From the NCBI RefSeq assembly GCF_006345805.1, contig NC_043001.1:55428001-55492000 (forward strand): DNA of 64,000 nt, read 5' to 3'. The notes beneath the pieces are model-generated. The model was not told the origin of the DNA, searched no databases, and saw nothing but the letters and a program-made list of their open reading frames with translations. Positions 26,825 to 38,634 of the stretch are shown in pieces; positions within the stretch are counted from its first letter, which is position 1; every line of letters begins with the position of its first letter. This DNA is from Octopus sinensis (Eukaryota). The position numbers were made by a program, and so were the translations under genes.

Positions 26825-27045
26825 ATGTTCTTTTCTACTCTAGGCACAAGGCCCGAAATTTTGGGGGAGGGGGGGCAGTTGATTAGACTGACTCCAGTAT
26901 GCAACTGGTACTTAATTTATCAATCTTGAAAGGATGAACGGCAAAGTTGACCTTGGCTGAACTTGAACTCAGAATGTAAAGACAGATGAAATACCACTAA
27001 GCATTTCACCCAGCGTGCTAACATTTCTGCTAGCTCACCACCTTA
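26825..27045 (-). mobile_element. SINE family B
   Basis: aggcacaaggcccgaaattttggggg...aaaggatgaacggcaaagttgacc...tgctaacatttctgctagctcaccacctt. Confidence 0.72.
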
Positions 27046-27479
27046 AGCTATTTCAATGTTATCAACAGAATTGTATTGTTAATCATGAAAAATGAATCTC
27101 TGTAAAATTTCATTTATAAAGAAATATATAAAAGTATTTTTCAATTAATTGTTTTATCAAACTACAAAATGGAAGAAAAGCAATGTGATTAACGCAGGAA
27201 AGAATAAGAAGGTAAACAGAATGGCAAGTTAGATAAAAGTTAAATTATAATTATTGTATGTGTGCCTTATTTCCTAATACTACTCATGACGGCAAAAGAA
27301 TTACTACAAAATTTACCTGTCACATGAACAGTAAGACTATAGTTTAGATTATAAAGCTGTATGGGCTGAACACCCCAAACAAAGTCATTAGAAATATCTC
27401 TCAAAATACAGAAAATGTTAAAAGTAAGAAATATATTATTACAGATTATGTGTGTGTGTGTGTGTGTGTGTGTTACATA

Positions 27480-27700
27480 TGAGGGGCTACTGAAAAATTC
27501 CTGGCTTTAAGGCCTTTATTGTGAAAAGCCTGGTTGGAGGCTCAACCTTCCAAGTTCTTTTACAGAGCTTAGAAAAAAACTGAAGGAGCATTGCAATAAG
27601 TGTGTGAATATGAGAGGAGAATATGTTGAATAAAATCATTAATTAACTGATCCTCCTGTATTTTCTTTTACCCAAAGCCAGGAACTTCTCAGCACTCCCT

Positions 27701-27702
<2 letters not shown>
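27480..27702 (+). mobile_element. Mariner-derived MITE
   Basis: About 29-bp imperfect TIRs (tgaggggctactgaaaaattcctggcttt / aaagccaggaacttctcagcactccctca) after TA. Interior encodes KKLKEHCNKCVNMRGEYVE*, resembling a mariner transposase C-terminus. Second copy at 54001-54218. Confidence 0.75.
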
Positions 27703-27752
<50 letters not shown>

Positions 27753-28060
27753 GTGTGTAAAGAAGAACATAAATGAGGTTCAAAATTCTCAACAGCTGTT
27801 CTGGCAGCATTTTATTGATGAATTCTTAGGTTACATCATGGCAAAACACTGCCATTTTCAGGCAGAAATAGAGGTGACTAAGTCACTAACAATCATGGTG
27901 GAACAAGAGAAATTTTGAGAAACTATAATGGAATTTATAGGGGAAATGGGTCAGGAATAGAGAGAGCAATTAATTTAAATCTACTTATTTTTGAGTTACT
28001 ATACCTACATCCTAATGAGTCCTGCAACTAATCAATACACACACACACATACATATATAA

Positions 28061-28461
28061 GCGCAGGAGTGGCTGTGTGGTAAGTAGCTTGCTTACCAAC
28101 CACATGGTTCTGGGTTCATTCCCACTGTGTGGCACCTTGGTCAAGTGTCTTCTACTATAGCCTCGGGCCAACCAAAGTCTTGCAAGAGGATTTGGTAGAC
28201 AGAAACTGAAAAAAGCCTGTCATATATATGTATGTATGTGTGTGTATATGTTTGTGTGTCTGTGTTTGTCCACCCAACATCGCTTGACAACTGATGCTGG
28301 TGTATTTACATCCCTGTAACTTAGCAGTTTGGCGAAAGAGACCGATAGAATAAGTACTAGGCTTACAAAGAATAAGTCCTGATTACTAAGAATAAGATTT
28401 GCTCGACTAAAGGTGGTGCTCCAGCATGGCCACAGTCAAATGACTGAAACAAGTAAAAGAG
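28061..28461 (+). mobile_element. SINE family A, reference full copy
   Basis: gcgcaggagtggctgtgtggtaagtagcttgc (A-box-like), gggttcattccc (B-box-like), core ggcaccttggtcaagtgtcttctactatagcc, internal microsatellite, tail ending gactgaaacaagtaaaagag. Confidence 0.8.
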
Positions 28462-28469
28462 AGTATATA

Positions 28470-28604
28470 TATCTGTAAATATAATATGTGACAATTATTC
28501 GGTAGCCATGATAAAACTCCGAGTTTCAGTTGTCGGGACGAAACTCGGATTTTATCATGAGTACTGATACTCAGTAGCCCCCTCACATATTATATTTACA
28601 GATA
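28470..28604. repeat. Nested inverted repeat (foldback)
   Basis: Perfect 22-bp arms at 28470-28491 and 28583-28604. Inner arms catgataaaactccgagtttc / gaaactcggattttatcatg have one bulge and a 12-nt loop. Confidence 0.85.
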
Positions 28605-28669
28605 AATTCCTCTATTTACATAATATTGAGGTCTCTTTCATTCTTTTGTTGTCTTGCCATTTCTATCAA

Positions 28670-28985
28670 TATATAACCAGTGCCGGTGGCACGAAAGAGA
28701 ACCATCCGAACGTGGCCGTAGCCTGACTGGCCTCCGTGCTGGTGGCACGTAAAAAGCACCATCTGATTGTGGCTGTTTGCCAGCCTTGTCTGGCACCTGT
28801 ACCGGTGGCACGTAAAAAGCACCCACTACACTCATGGAGTGGTTGGCGTTAGGAAGGGCATCCAGCTGTAGAAACACTGCCAGATCAGACTGGGCCTGGT
28901 GCAGACTTCTGGCTTCCCAGATCCCAGTTGAACCGTCCAACCTATGCTAGCATGGAAAGCGGATGTTAAACGATGATGATGATGA
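28670..28985 (+). mobile_element. RTE-clade LINE 3' UTR, long-repeat subfamily
   Basis: Three ggtggcacg(t)aaa units at 28685, 28741 and 28804, then the common tail and (GAT)n. Confidence 0.72.
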
Positions 28986-29869
28986 TATATGCACACACAT
29001 ACACACATACATATACACACATTAAGTCCTAGATTGTAAAATATTTATAGGAATGATGATGATGCAGAGGAGGTGGAACAGAAGAAGAAAAATTACTTTA
29101 CATCAACAACAAAAAGTCACAATACATCTTACACAACGAAACACACAGTTAATGCTCACAAATATATGTCACACACACACACACACACTTCCAAAGCTAT
29201 GCATAGAAACTATACAACTACCATCTATTAAGCATTTCATCTAATAAACTTAAAACCTCCAAAAAGTGACTAAACCAAGAAATTGATCTTCTTTCAACTC
29301 AAGTCTATTAAGTTTTGTGCTTTCTCCTTTTCTCTTCTGCTTCATGACTTCTATATATCCACTCTAACCTACCTACACACCCAAAATTTGCCTGTGGTTT
29401 CAATTACACTCATACCTACACCCATCACCCATCCACCGCAACCACATCTGTTTGAATTGATGAGATGCAACACATTTTATAATGTTGTGGCAATGATGGG
29501 GGTGGTGAAGACCCATCAGAACCAAAAAGAATTGAGTAACAGCCGTAAGCAACCCCACCCTAGGAAACCACCCAACTTAGACACATCTCACTTCACCGCA
29601 AACTTACATCTGCAAACTATAAGTCTTATGGACCAAGCCTTAGTTATAAACTGCCCAAATGACCCCTGCATTGTCCCCACTAACAGCAAAATATTCCACA
29701 ATTTAGAGACATTGCCACACTTTATTACTGATATTACCACAACAACTGTATCCTGTGTTTAGGTTATAGAGGTTAAGACATGTTGGAAAGCTGAATAAAT
29801 AATGGCAGTTTATAAATAATTATGTTTATATAACATCTATTAAATTAGTGAAATAGCTTTTTGCTTATA

Positions 29870-29986
29870 TATATGTGTGTGTGTGAGTGCATTTGTACAT
29901 ATATATATGTACATATATATATATATATATATATGTACATATATATATGTATATATATATATATATATGTACATATATATATATAT

Positions 29987-30017
<31 letters not shown>

Positions 30018-30133
30018 TATATATATATATACACACACAAATACATATATAGATACACACACACACAACTTACATGAACACACACGTATGAGTGTGTGTG
30101 TGTGTGTGTATATATATACTCTCTCTCTCTTTT

Positions 30134-30223
<90 letters not shown>

Positions 30224-30230
30224 TATGTAT
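29870..30230. repeat. Compound (TA)/(CA) microsatellite array
   Basis: Visible directly; source of the IY/YI-rich spurious ORFs. Confidence 0.9.
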
Positions 30231-30499
30231 TTCAAATGTTTATGCCACCAAGGACAGCCTTTGACTTTATCCATCTAAGGAGGTTTTAACCCAACATTTA
30301 TATGCTATTATTTATAGCTTTATCAACATCAAGTTCCACTATTAATAATGACATATACAAATATACATACATATACATGTACATACATAAATATATAGCT
30401 ATATATTTATACACACACACACATATAAATATACAGATACTTATTCATATATATAAATACACATACATAAAAATATATATACACATACAAATGTATGTC

Positions 30500-30960
30500 A
30501 ATATCATCATCATCATGGTTTAACATCTGTTTTCCATGCTGGCATGGGTTGGACAATTTAACTGAGGTCTGGAGAGCCGGCGGCTGCACCAGGCTCCACT
30601 CTGATCTGGTAATGTTTCTACAGCTGGATGTTCTTCCTAACACCAACCACTCCGAGAATGTAGTGGGTGCTTTTTACGTGCCACCGGCACAGGAGCCAGT
30701 AAGGACATACTGGCATCGGTCACATTCGGATGATGCTTTTTACGTGCCACTGGCATGGGAGCCAGTGAGGAGGATAGGCATCAACCATGTTCCAATGGTG
30801 CTTTTTATGTGTCACTGGCACAGGAGCCAGTCAGGGGGCACAGGCGAGATATGATATTGGCTTTACTTGACTCAACTGGTTTTCTCAAGCATATCATATT
30901 GCATGATGCATCAGGGGTACTCTTAACTGGGCTGGACATGAGTGGCTGCAATCTCACTTT
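30500..30960 (-). mobile_element. RTE-clade LINE 3' end, long-repeat subfamily
   Basis: Common tail, three UTR units (period 65-66 nt) and a minus-strand relic MQYDMLEKTS*VK*. Confidence 0.72.
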
Positions 30961-30979
30961 AGGCGTTTCATATATATAT

Positions 30980-31030
<51 letters not shown>

Positions 31031-31506
31031 TAGTGGTGGTCTGCACTTGGACACATCCTGTGCATGTGAACCTTCTCCACTTCTCTGGGCACTCCCTATA
31101 AGATCTGGGGGGGGGGTCTCATACCTTCCCCTGCTGCTGTAAAAGTAATTTACTGGAGCTTCAGCTACCATGACTAAACTTGGGATGAATCCTGAAGTGG
31201 TTCCTCATTACTTTCTGAAACAGGTGAGATTTGAACTCAGAATGTAGAAATCCAGAAGATATACTGTAATGCATTTCTGCCGACATTCCAACAATTCTGT
31301 CACTCTCTCACCTATAGAGCAATTGAAATGAAGTGTTTTGCTTAAGAACACAATGTGTTGCTTGGCCCAGAAATCAAACTTATGATCTAGTGATTGTGAG
31401 CACAACACCATAACAACAAGGCTATGTGCCTTCATACACACACACACACACAGATAAAAGAAAACGAAATGACAAAGCAATAAACAATTATCTTATGTAA
31501 TTCATT

Positions 31507-31587
31507 AGCTTACAGCTGTTTCTGCTATAAGATGTAGTGGACTCATAGTTGAGTCCCTGAGTAACACCTTATAGCTTCTTCAGAGCC
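31507..31587 (-). ncRNA. Candidate type I minimal hammerhead ribozyme
   Basis: Minus strand ggct-CTGAAGA-a-gctataag...cttatagc-a-GAA-ACAGCTGT-A-agct: helix I 4 bp, helix II 8 bp, palindromic helix III, GUA cleavage triplet. Confidence 0.68.
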
Positions 31588-32134
31588 TAAAATATGAAGT
31601 GCAATTTAGGTAGATAGACACACACACACACAGTAATGGTGGTAAAGATCAGTCTCAAGATCCTGTGTGTGTGTGTGTGTATACACTTGCCAGTATGTGG
31701 TTACTGTTACTCAGTGATTTTGCTGGTAGATAGCATGTTCTATAGCGGTAGGAGCATGTTATATCCTTAAAGCTAATGTGAGAATTTTACAGAGGAAATA
31801 ATAATGGAATGGTGAAATTCCATAATTCAGTTGAGAAATATAGTATTAATTAGAAACAGAAGTTATGCATGAGAAAGAAAAATAGGTCTGGATTCAATCA
31901 AAAGAGAAAGAGGTGGTTAGATTAATGGATGATTAAAAAATTTTTGGTAGATTTTACTCTTAAAACCACACATAATTGTTTCCACTAAAAGTCAGAACAC
32001 CTATTGGTGAAATCTACATATGCATTAATTCCTACTAAACCCTAAAATTCATATGAATAAATAAATTTTTAGGCAACCTAATTCTAACTTACATGTGTAT
32101 GTCTGTGAGTTTATTTCTTTGTTAATATTCTTCT

Positions 32135-32495
32135 ACTCTTTTACTTGTTTCAGTCATTTGACTGTGGCCATGCAGGAGCACTACCTTGAAGGGTTTAGAT
32201 TGAAGAAATTGATCCCAGGACTTATTTCTTTTTAAGTCTTGTACTTATTCTATCAATCTCTTTTGCTGAACTACTAAGTTACAGGGACGTAAATACACCA
32301 ATACTGGTTGTCAAGCAGTAATGGGGGGGTGGACAAACACAGACATAGGAAAATACACATATATGACGGGCTTCTCTCAGTTTCCATCTACCAAATCCAG
32401 TCACAAGGCTTTGGTTGGCCAGAGTAGAAAACACTTGCCAAGGAATCTGGAACCATGTGGTTGTGAAGGAAGCTTCTTACCACACAGCGATGCTG
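32135..32495 (-). mobile_element. SINE family A, complete
   Basis: Reverse of tail (ttttacttgtttcagtcatttgactgtggccatgc), core and head. Confidence 0.72.
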
Positions 32496-33207
32496 CCACC
32501 TACATGTATATTGTTTATTTTGTTGAACCTCCATTTTCTCTTGTAAGCATGAAGGGAGAATCAGATGAGATTTTTACAATCAGAAGTTCAGAGGATGTAA
32601 ATTTAATGAGTGCTGGTAAATTATATTTAGCTGTGGTTGTAAATAAAAGACTGTGATGCTAAAGAACAGTTACTACATGGTACTTATTAACTGGCAATAC
32701 ACAAAATATAGTTAAAATGTATCAACATACATCTCACTCACTCACTATGTACACTTACTGTCCTGAATATTAAAATACCTTGATCGAAATGAACCCTACA
32801 AATTATATATATATATATATGTAATATTTTGGACTAATGGGTATATATCAATTAGTGTGTTAAGTAAAGCACACTCACAGTATGGGCTAACTGGTGTCAT
32901 CCATAGTTGGGGTATATTTCTGTTGAATCTACTTCAGGAATTTTGCAGTGTTAGTTGAGATGATAATAATTGATGAAGGAAACGGAAGGTAGATTTGACA
33001 CTAGTGTTTATCCGGTATGATGATCATTTCAACCCATCTTACCGTTATGGGTAGGATTTTGCACATCGACAGTTGCAGGATGGGTTGAAACAATCATTGT
33101 ACTGAATAAAGACTAGTGCTAAATCTATCTTCTGTTTCCTTCATCAATTATTATTATCATTTTATATATATATATACACATATATATATATATAATAATA
33201 TATACAT

Positions 33208-33508
33208 GGAGGCGCAATGACCCAGTGGTCAAGACAGTGGACTTGTGATCGTAGGATCACGGTTTCGATTCCCAGACCGGGTGTTGTGATTGTTTATTGA
33301 GCGAAAACACCTAAAGCTCCACAAGGCTCTGGCAGGGGGTGGTGGTGATCCCTACTGTACTCTTTCGCCACAACTTTCTCTCACTCTTTCTTCTGTTGGC
33401 CTGCTCGCTTAGCCAGCGGGGTGGCATCACTTGAAGGCTAAAACAATGCAAAGCACATTGTGACCAGCGATGTGAAGCATCATCTGATAGCCTGGTCGGT
33501 CACAGTGA
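33208..33508 (+). mobile_element. tRNA-derived SINE family C (tail type Y)
   Basis: Head matches 198-390. Then ggcctgctcgcttagccagcggggtggc...gcctggtcggtcacagtga, unrelated to the tail at 395-576. Confidence 0.78.
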
Positions 33509-33529
33509 TTACAGTGATATATATATACA

Positions 33530-33835
33530 TGAGTGTTGGGCCTCACAGAGTCAATCACTGAGACCGTTGGCATCTTGACGTGATTAAGAAGAAGACCCAT
33601 CAAGCCAATCACAGTCATGGCAGATACTGGTGTTGTGCAAATGGCACCATGCCAGTGGCACGTAAAAGCACTCATTATACTCTTGGAGTGGTTGGCATTA
33701 GGAAGGGCAGCCAGCTGTAGATAACCATGCTAAATCAGACTGAAGCCTGGTGCAGCCTTCCAGCTTACCAGCTCTGGTCAAACCATCCAACCCATGCCAG
33801 TATGGACAACAGACATTAGATGATGATGATGATGA
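33530..33835 (+). mobile_element. RTE-clade LINE 3' end
   Basis: VLGLTESIT...DRWHLDVIKKKTHQA relic, then the common UTR and (GAT)n tail. Confidence 0.7.
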
Positions 33836-34046
33836 TATATACATATATGTATGTACAGATAGATTGATAAGTAGGCATATGTCTAGTTTTGTATTAGTTT
33901 TAAATGGTTCACTATGTAGAAATCTTGTGTCAAACTATTATATGTTGGGACCAAATGAACAAATGAGTGAATGTATATACTAACATAAATGTAAGTATAT
34001 ACATACAGATACATACATGATCACACCCATATAGATGTGTGCGTGT

Positions 34047-34118
<72 letters not shown>

Positions 34119-34778
34119 TGTACTTTGGGAGGGCCATGTTGTAAATAGAAACAGAAGCACTGTTTATATTTCGCATAAGTTTTATTATCAATTAATTAGA
34201 TAATTAGTTAACTAATTGGTAAATTAATTAACTAATTGTTTAATTGAGTTCTTTTAGAGTTCTTTCATCACAATCTGTGACCTTATCAATGAGGATGTTC
34301 CACTCTTACACCTCTCCCACTCCATAACACACAATGTGTTCTGTGCTGTTTGCAATAAATGCATATGTATGTGTGAACATGTGTGTATGGGTAACATATA
34401 CAGATTAAGCTACACTTTTCACTCTAAAATATACACATAGAGTAAATATCATTTGCATTAAAGATTGTGCTTATAGATTGTGTATTTACATATTACAATC
34501 ATACACACATAGCATAAAAGAAAAACAGCTGAATGTTTACTGTCAAGTGTTTTATGGTGTGTGTATACAGACAGTTAAATTAAAAAATAAACAACTCCTT
34601 TTGTTGATCTTCAATATAAATAAATGTGAGTATATATGTAGGATCGCTGTGTGAGTGCGTGTGTTCATGTATGCAAGAATGTAAAAATGGTTAATGTGTG
34701 TGTATAAATACACAAACACACAGTGAAGCAAAAGTAAACAGAGATATTCATGTTTGCATGCAATATGTTTTCCTCTCA

Positions 34779-34826
<48 letters not shown>

Positions 34827-35156
34827 GCACACACACACACACCCATGCACATACATTATACACACACATGCAGCACCTAAGTTCTGTTCTATGAAAGTGG
34901 GCATGGGTTTACCTCCCACTTCTAATAGATAATTTTCTATATAAAGATGTGTGTCTGTGTGTGCATATATAAATATATATAATGTAGATAGAGTTAAAAT
35001 CCACACTGTATCATCTTGAAGCACATCTACTTATTCCAGTATTCCAAATCTGTGCTTAGATGTTAAATTTGTGTGACATATGCATAAGACCCTGGAAAAT
35101 ATTTTCTGTAGATTAATTATATATCAAAACAGGAAATTGAAAGAATTTATTCTGAG

Positions 35157-35403
35157 TATTATTTAGTCACGATTACACATGTTTCATTTGTTAATATGAG
35201 TTATAAAATTGTACATGTAGGATAAACATATAAGAAATCTCCTATCAGAAAATCTTCAGACAGAGAATCAAATAATCATGATATTATTTGATTCTCTGTC
35301 TGAAGAATTTCTTATAGGAAATACCTTACATGTTTTCAACTACATGTACAATATTTTAACTCCTATTTGGAATTGAAGCATGTGTAATTATGAGTAAATA
35401 ATA
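35157..35403. repeat. About 120-bp-arm foldback (MITE-like palindrome)
   Basis: Perfect 24-bp stem at 35253-35276 / 35283-35306 with loop catgat. Imperfect pairing continues out to 35157 / 35403. Confidence 0.88.
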
Positions 35404-35927
35404 AAAAAAAATTTCCCAATCTCTTGTGCAGCATATAATGCAGGAGTAGTCCTGTAGTATTTCTAAAGCAAAATATTCATGTCTGACACTTTATCACACT
35501 TCAGCCTCCCACCATCTTCATCAAGCCACCACTTTTTTTACTACGATCTAACTCAGTTGATGAGGTTTTTTCTTTGTTTCGCAAGTTACTTGATAATCTC
35601 ACTAGTGATGGTGCTATGAAAAACCCCACTCTAGTACATTATGTAAAATGATTGGCATTAGGCAGGATAGCCAGCCAGCCATAAAAGCCATACCAAAGAC
35701 ACACTGGAGCTCAATGCAGTCCTCTGATACACATATTGGATCTTGTCAAACTGTTTAATTCATGTTGGAACAATGCTTGAAATTTTGAGTGGGAAGGGGA
35801 TAGCCAATCACATCAACCCCATTGCTCAACTGATGAAAGACTAAGTCTACCTTGGCAGCATTTAAACTCTCAACATGCTGCTAAATGTATTTTACCTAGC
35901 ATGCTACCTTAAGACTGATATTAAATA

Positions 35928-36231
35928 AGATTCTAAGACCAACTCAAAGCAACATTGGAAGCCACTGGACTTGAGCCTAAATCATTTGAAACACAATTCT
36001 GAGACTATCAAGCAGCAGAGTTCCATCACCATTGGAACCAAAAACTTTAAAGCCACCAGAAGAGAAAAGGAAGAAATCAAATGACAAGAGAGAAAGATTC
36101 AATAAAATCAATCTCATCCTCCACCACCAGTACCATGCAGTCAATGCCATCAACCCCTTTATGCAAGAACTAATCTACAGAGTCATCAATGGCATCACCG
36201 TAAAAGAAGCATCCAGCAAAGAAGAAGCTAA
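35928..36231 (+). mobile_element. RTE/BovB-type LINE ORF2 C-terminal relic with C2H2 finger
   Basis: RF*DQLKATLEATGLEPKSFET, then IGTKNFKATRREKEEIK*QERK and PCSQCHQPLYARTNLQSHQWHH. Confidence 0.68.
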
Positions 36232-36469
36232 ATTCTCAAATATGTGATAAAGTGAATGATGACAATTATTCTTAAACAAAGTTCTAGCAAGCTAAGCCAC
36301 CTTCCCACTGCAGTCTGACGATGGATGAGCTGGCTGGAACTTCGAAGTCACAGTCAACAACAGTCTTTTTTAAGAATAATAAATTTGTATTCTACAAAAA
36401 TATAGAGTAACCCATCAGATTAATGTAAAATTGTTTCTATTATAACTGAACATAAAAACAAACATTAAG

Positions 36470-36508
<39 letters not shown>

Positions 36509-36595
36509 AAAATTCACGAAAAAAAAAAAAGACGAAGACAGGTGGTATAGAAAACAAACGGATGCATTAGTATAACGCTCAGGAATTGAAAAAGT

Positions 36596-36631
36596 CTTTC
36601 ATGTTTCGAGCCTATGCTCTTCCACAGAAAG
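36596..36631 (-). ncRNA. Degenerate hammerhead-like motif (variant core)
   Basis: Minus strand cttt-CTGTGGA-a-gagc-atag-gctc-GAA-acat-g-aaag. Helices I and II pair, but A6 is U and position 17 is G. Confidence 0.4.
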
Positions 36632-37729
36632 GAACACAGAAAGCAACAAGGAGAGAAAAAAAATGTGTGTAGTGGCTACTGATCTATCATGGCAACTGTA
36701 TATATATATATATATACATATGTATATACACACACACACACACACACACACATGTATATATACATCCACACACAAATGTGATGTTTGTCAGTATGCTACA
36801 TTTGTTCAAGTATATCAAAACAGTTTGTCACAAACATCAGTGATGGAAGATGACTTTAATTTCAACAACCAAATATTTACTAGAAACCTCAACGTTGCAT
36901 GGCAGCTATTAAAAAAAAAAAATGAAAGAAAGAAAATGACTGGCAGTGTGTGGGAATTGTGTAGGATTAAGGTGTAAAAGGAAAGTAGTGGTAGAGGAGA
37001 GTTTTTATGATACACATACACACAACCAACTCCATCTAGCTTCTCTCCTACCCCAGTCACAACCTTATACTGTTGAAAGTGTCTCATTGTGATAGAATAG
37101 TGTGTGGTTAAAAGGAAAAGGCAAATGGTTAAGTTGTGCAGGTGGAGTGGATCAGGTGGAGATAGAAAATAAATATGGAACTGAGATTATAGGATAAACA
37201 CTTCATTATTAGAAATTCTTGAATACACATATCAAGTTTTCTTTAATTTATTGACATTTCAAATAGTAGCATTATCTAAGGAAACAGTTTGACTATTCTA
37301 TTCCCAATTGAACTGCTGTTAGGTTGTTCAATGAATAATGATGTTTGATGATGATAATGATGATGATGACGAGAAGAAGAAGAAGAAGAAGAAGAAGAAG
37401 AAGAAGAAGAAGACGACGACGACGACGTCGATAACAGCAACAAAAAACAGATATATTTCAATGAAAATTATCACCGAAAGGATTGACAAGAGGGTTTGGT
37501 TTTTTCTTCTTTTTTTTTTAAGAAACAGTGGGATTTGGAGAAATCTCTGTTTTGTTCTATTTTAGTTGGTCACTTTGAATCCATTAATGAAACAAAGCAT
37601 TTGTCATAACAATTACCCCAATGGGGTTGAAAGAAGCTCTAAATATTGGAAAGAAGCTGATTTTTTTTTGTTTTGTGCATTAACAATTACCACAGCAAGA
37701 CAGTAAAGCAATAATAATAATAATCTTTT

Positions 37730-37910
37730 CTACTATAGGCACAAAGCCTGAAATTTTGGGGGAAGGGGACAGTTGATCACATCAACCCCCAGTATTTCAC
37801 TGGTACTTAATTTATTGATCCTGAAAGGATGAAAGGAAAAGTTGGCCTCAGCAGAATTTGAACTCAGAAAGTAAAAACAGATGGAATGCCACAAAGCATT
37901 TTGCCTGACA
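37730..37910 (-). mobile_element. SINE family B
   Basis: ataggcacaaagcctgaaattttgggg...aaaggatgaaaggaaaagttggcctcagcagaatttgaactcag. Confidence 0.7.
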
Positions 37911-38271
37911 TAATAATAATAATAACGAGAGTGCAACCCTCTGCCAAGGCAACACCAACATCCTCTCAACGATTAGCTGGAGGTAATTTTTAAAATGGGA
38001 ATATCTGAAATAAACTCAACTGCTCTCACAAATGAGAATACTAAACACAAACTCAACTGCTCTCAAAAATTAAGTAAAAAAAACAGAGAAATAATCCGAA
38101 AACCTTGTCTGGTACCAGATTGATCCCAAAATCTAATCAGTTCATGCTAGTCACAAAACCAAATATCCCTGAAAGTTTCATCTGAATCTATCCAGCAGTT
38201 CTTGAGATATCTTGAACATGGACAAACAAACACAACTGAAAACAATACCTCCACCTTCACTAAAGTGAAGG

Positions 38272-38313
38272 CAATAATAATAATAATAATAAATGATAAT
38301 GATAATGATGATG

Positions 38314-38386
<73 letters not shown>

Positions 38387-38514
38387 TAATAATAATAATA
38401 ATAATCTGGTTGTGATGCATGTGCCTGGTATACTCTTATCAGATGGGTATACTGGGCTTCATATATTACCCCAGCATCATTTTGATGGCATGCACTGCTC
38501 TCTTATTCAATAAT

Positions 38515-38545
<31 letters not shown>

Positions 38546-38583
38546 TAATAATAATAATGATGATGATGATAATAATAATAATA

Positions 38584-38619
<36 letters not shown>

Positions 38620-38634
38620 TAATAATAATAATGG

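Noticed and set aside
28680-28830. CRISPR-like repeat-spacer pattern (also 30660-30850)
   Set aside because: Eukaryotic context, only 2-3 units, spacers are mutually related, no cas genes, and the units lie in an RTE LINE 3' UTR.
33026-33097. 12-bp inverted repeat tttcaacccatc/gatgggttgaaa with GAA-ATGATCAT palindrome on the minus strand
   Set aside because: No CUGANGA adjacent to the stem and no helix I; treated as a small hairpin of unknown significance.
36305-36360. CTGACGA core after the RTE/BovB relic as a fifth hammerhead
   Set aside because: No GAAA at the proper place (gaag) and helices II and III cannot be drawn convincingly.
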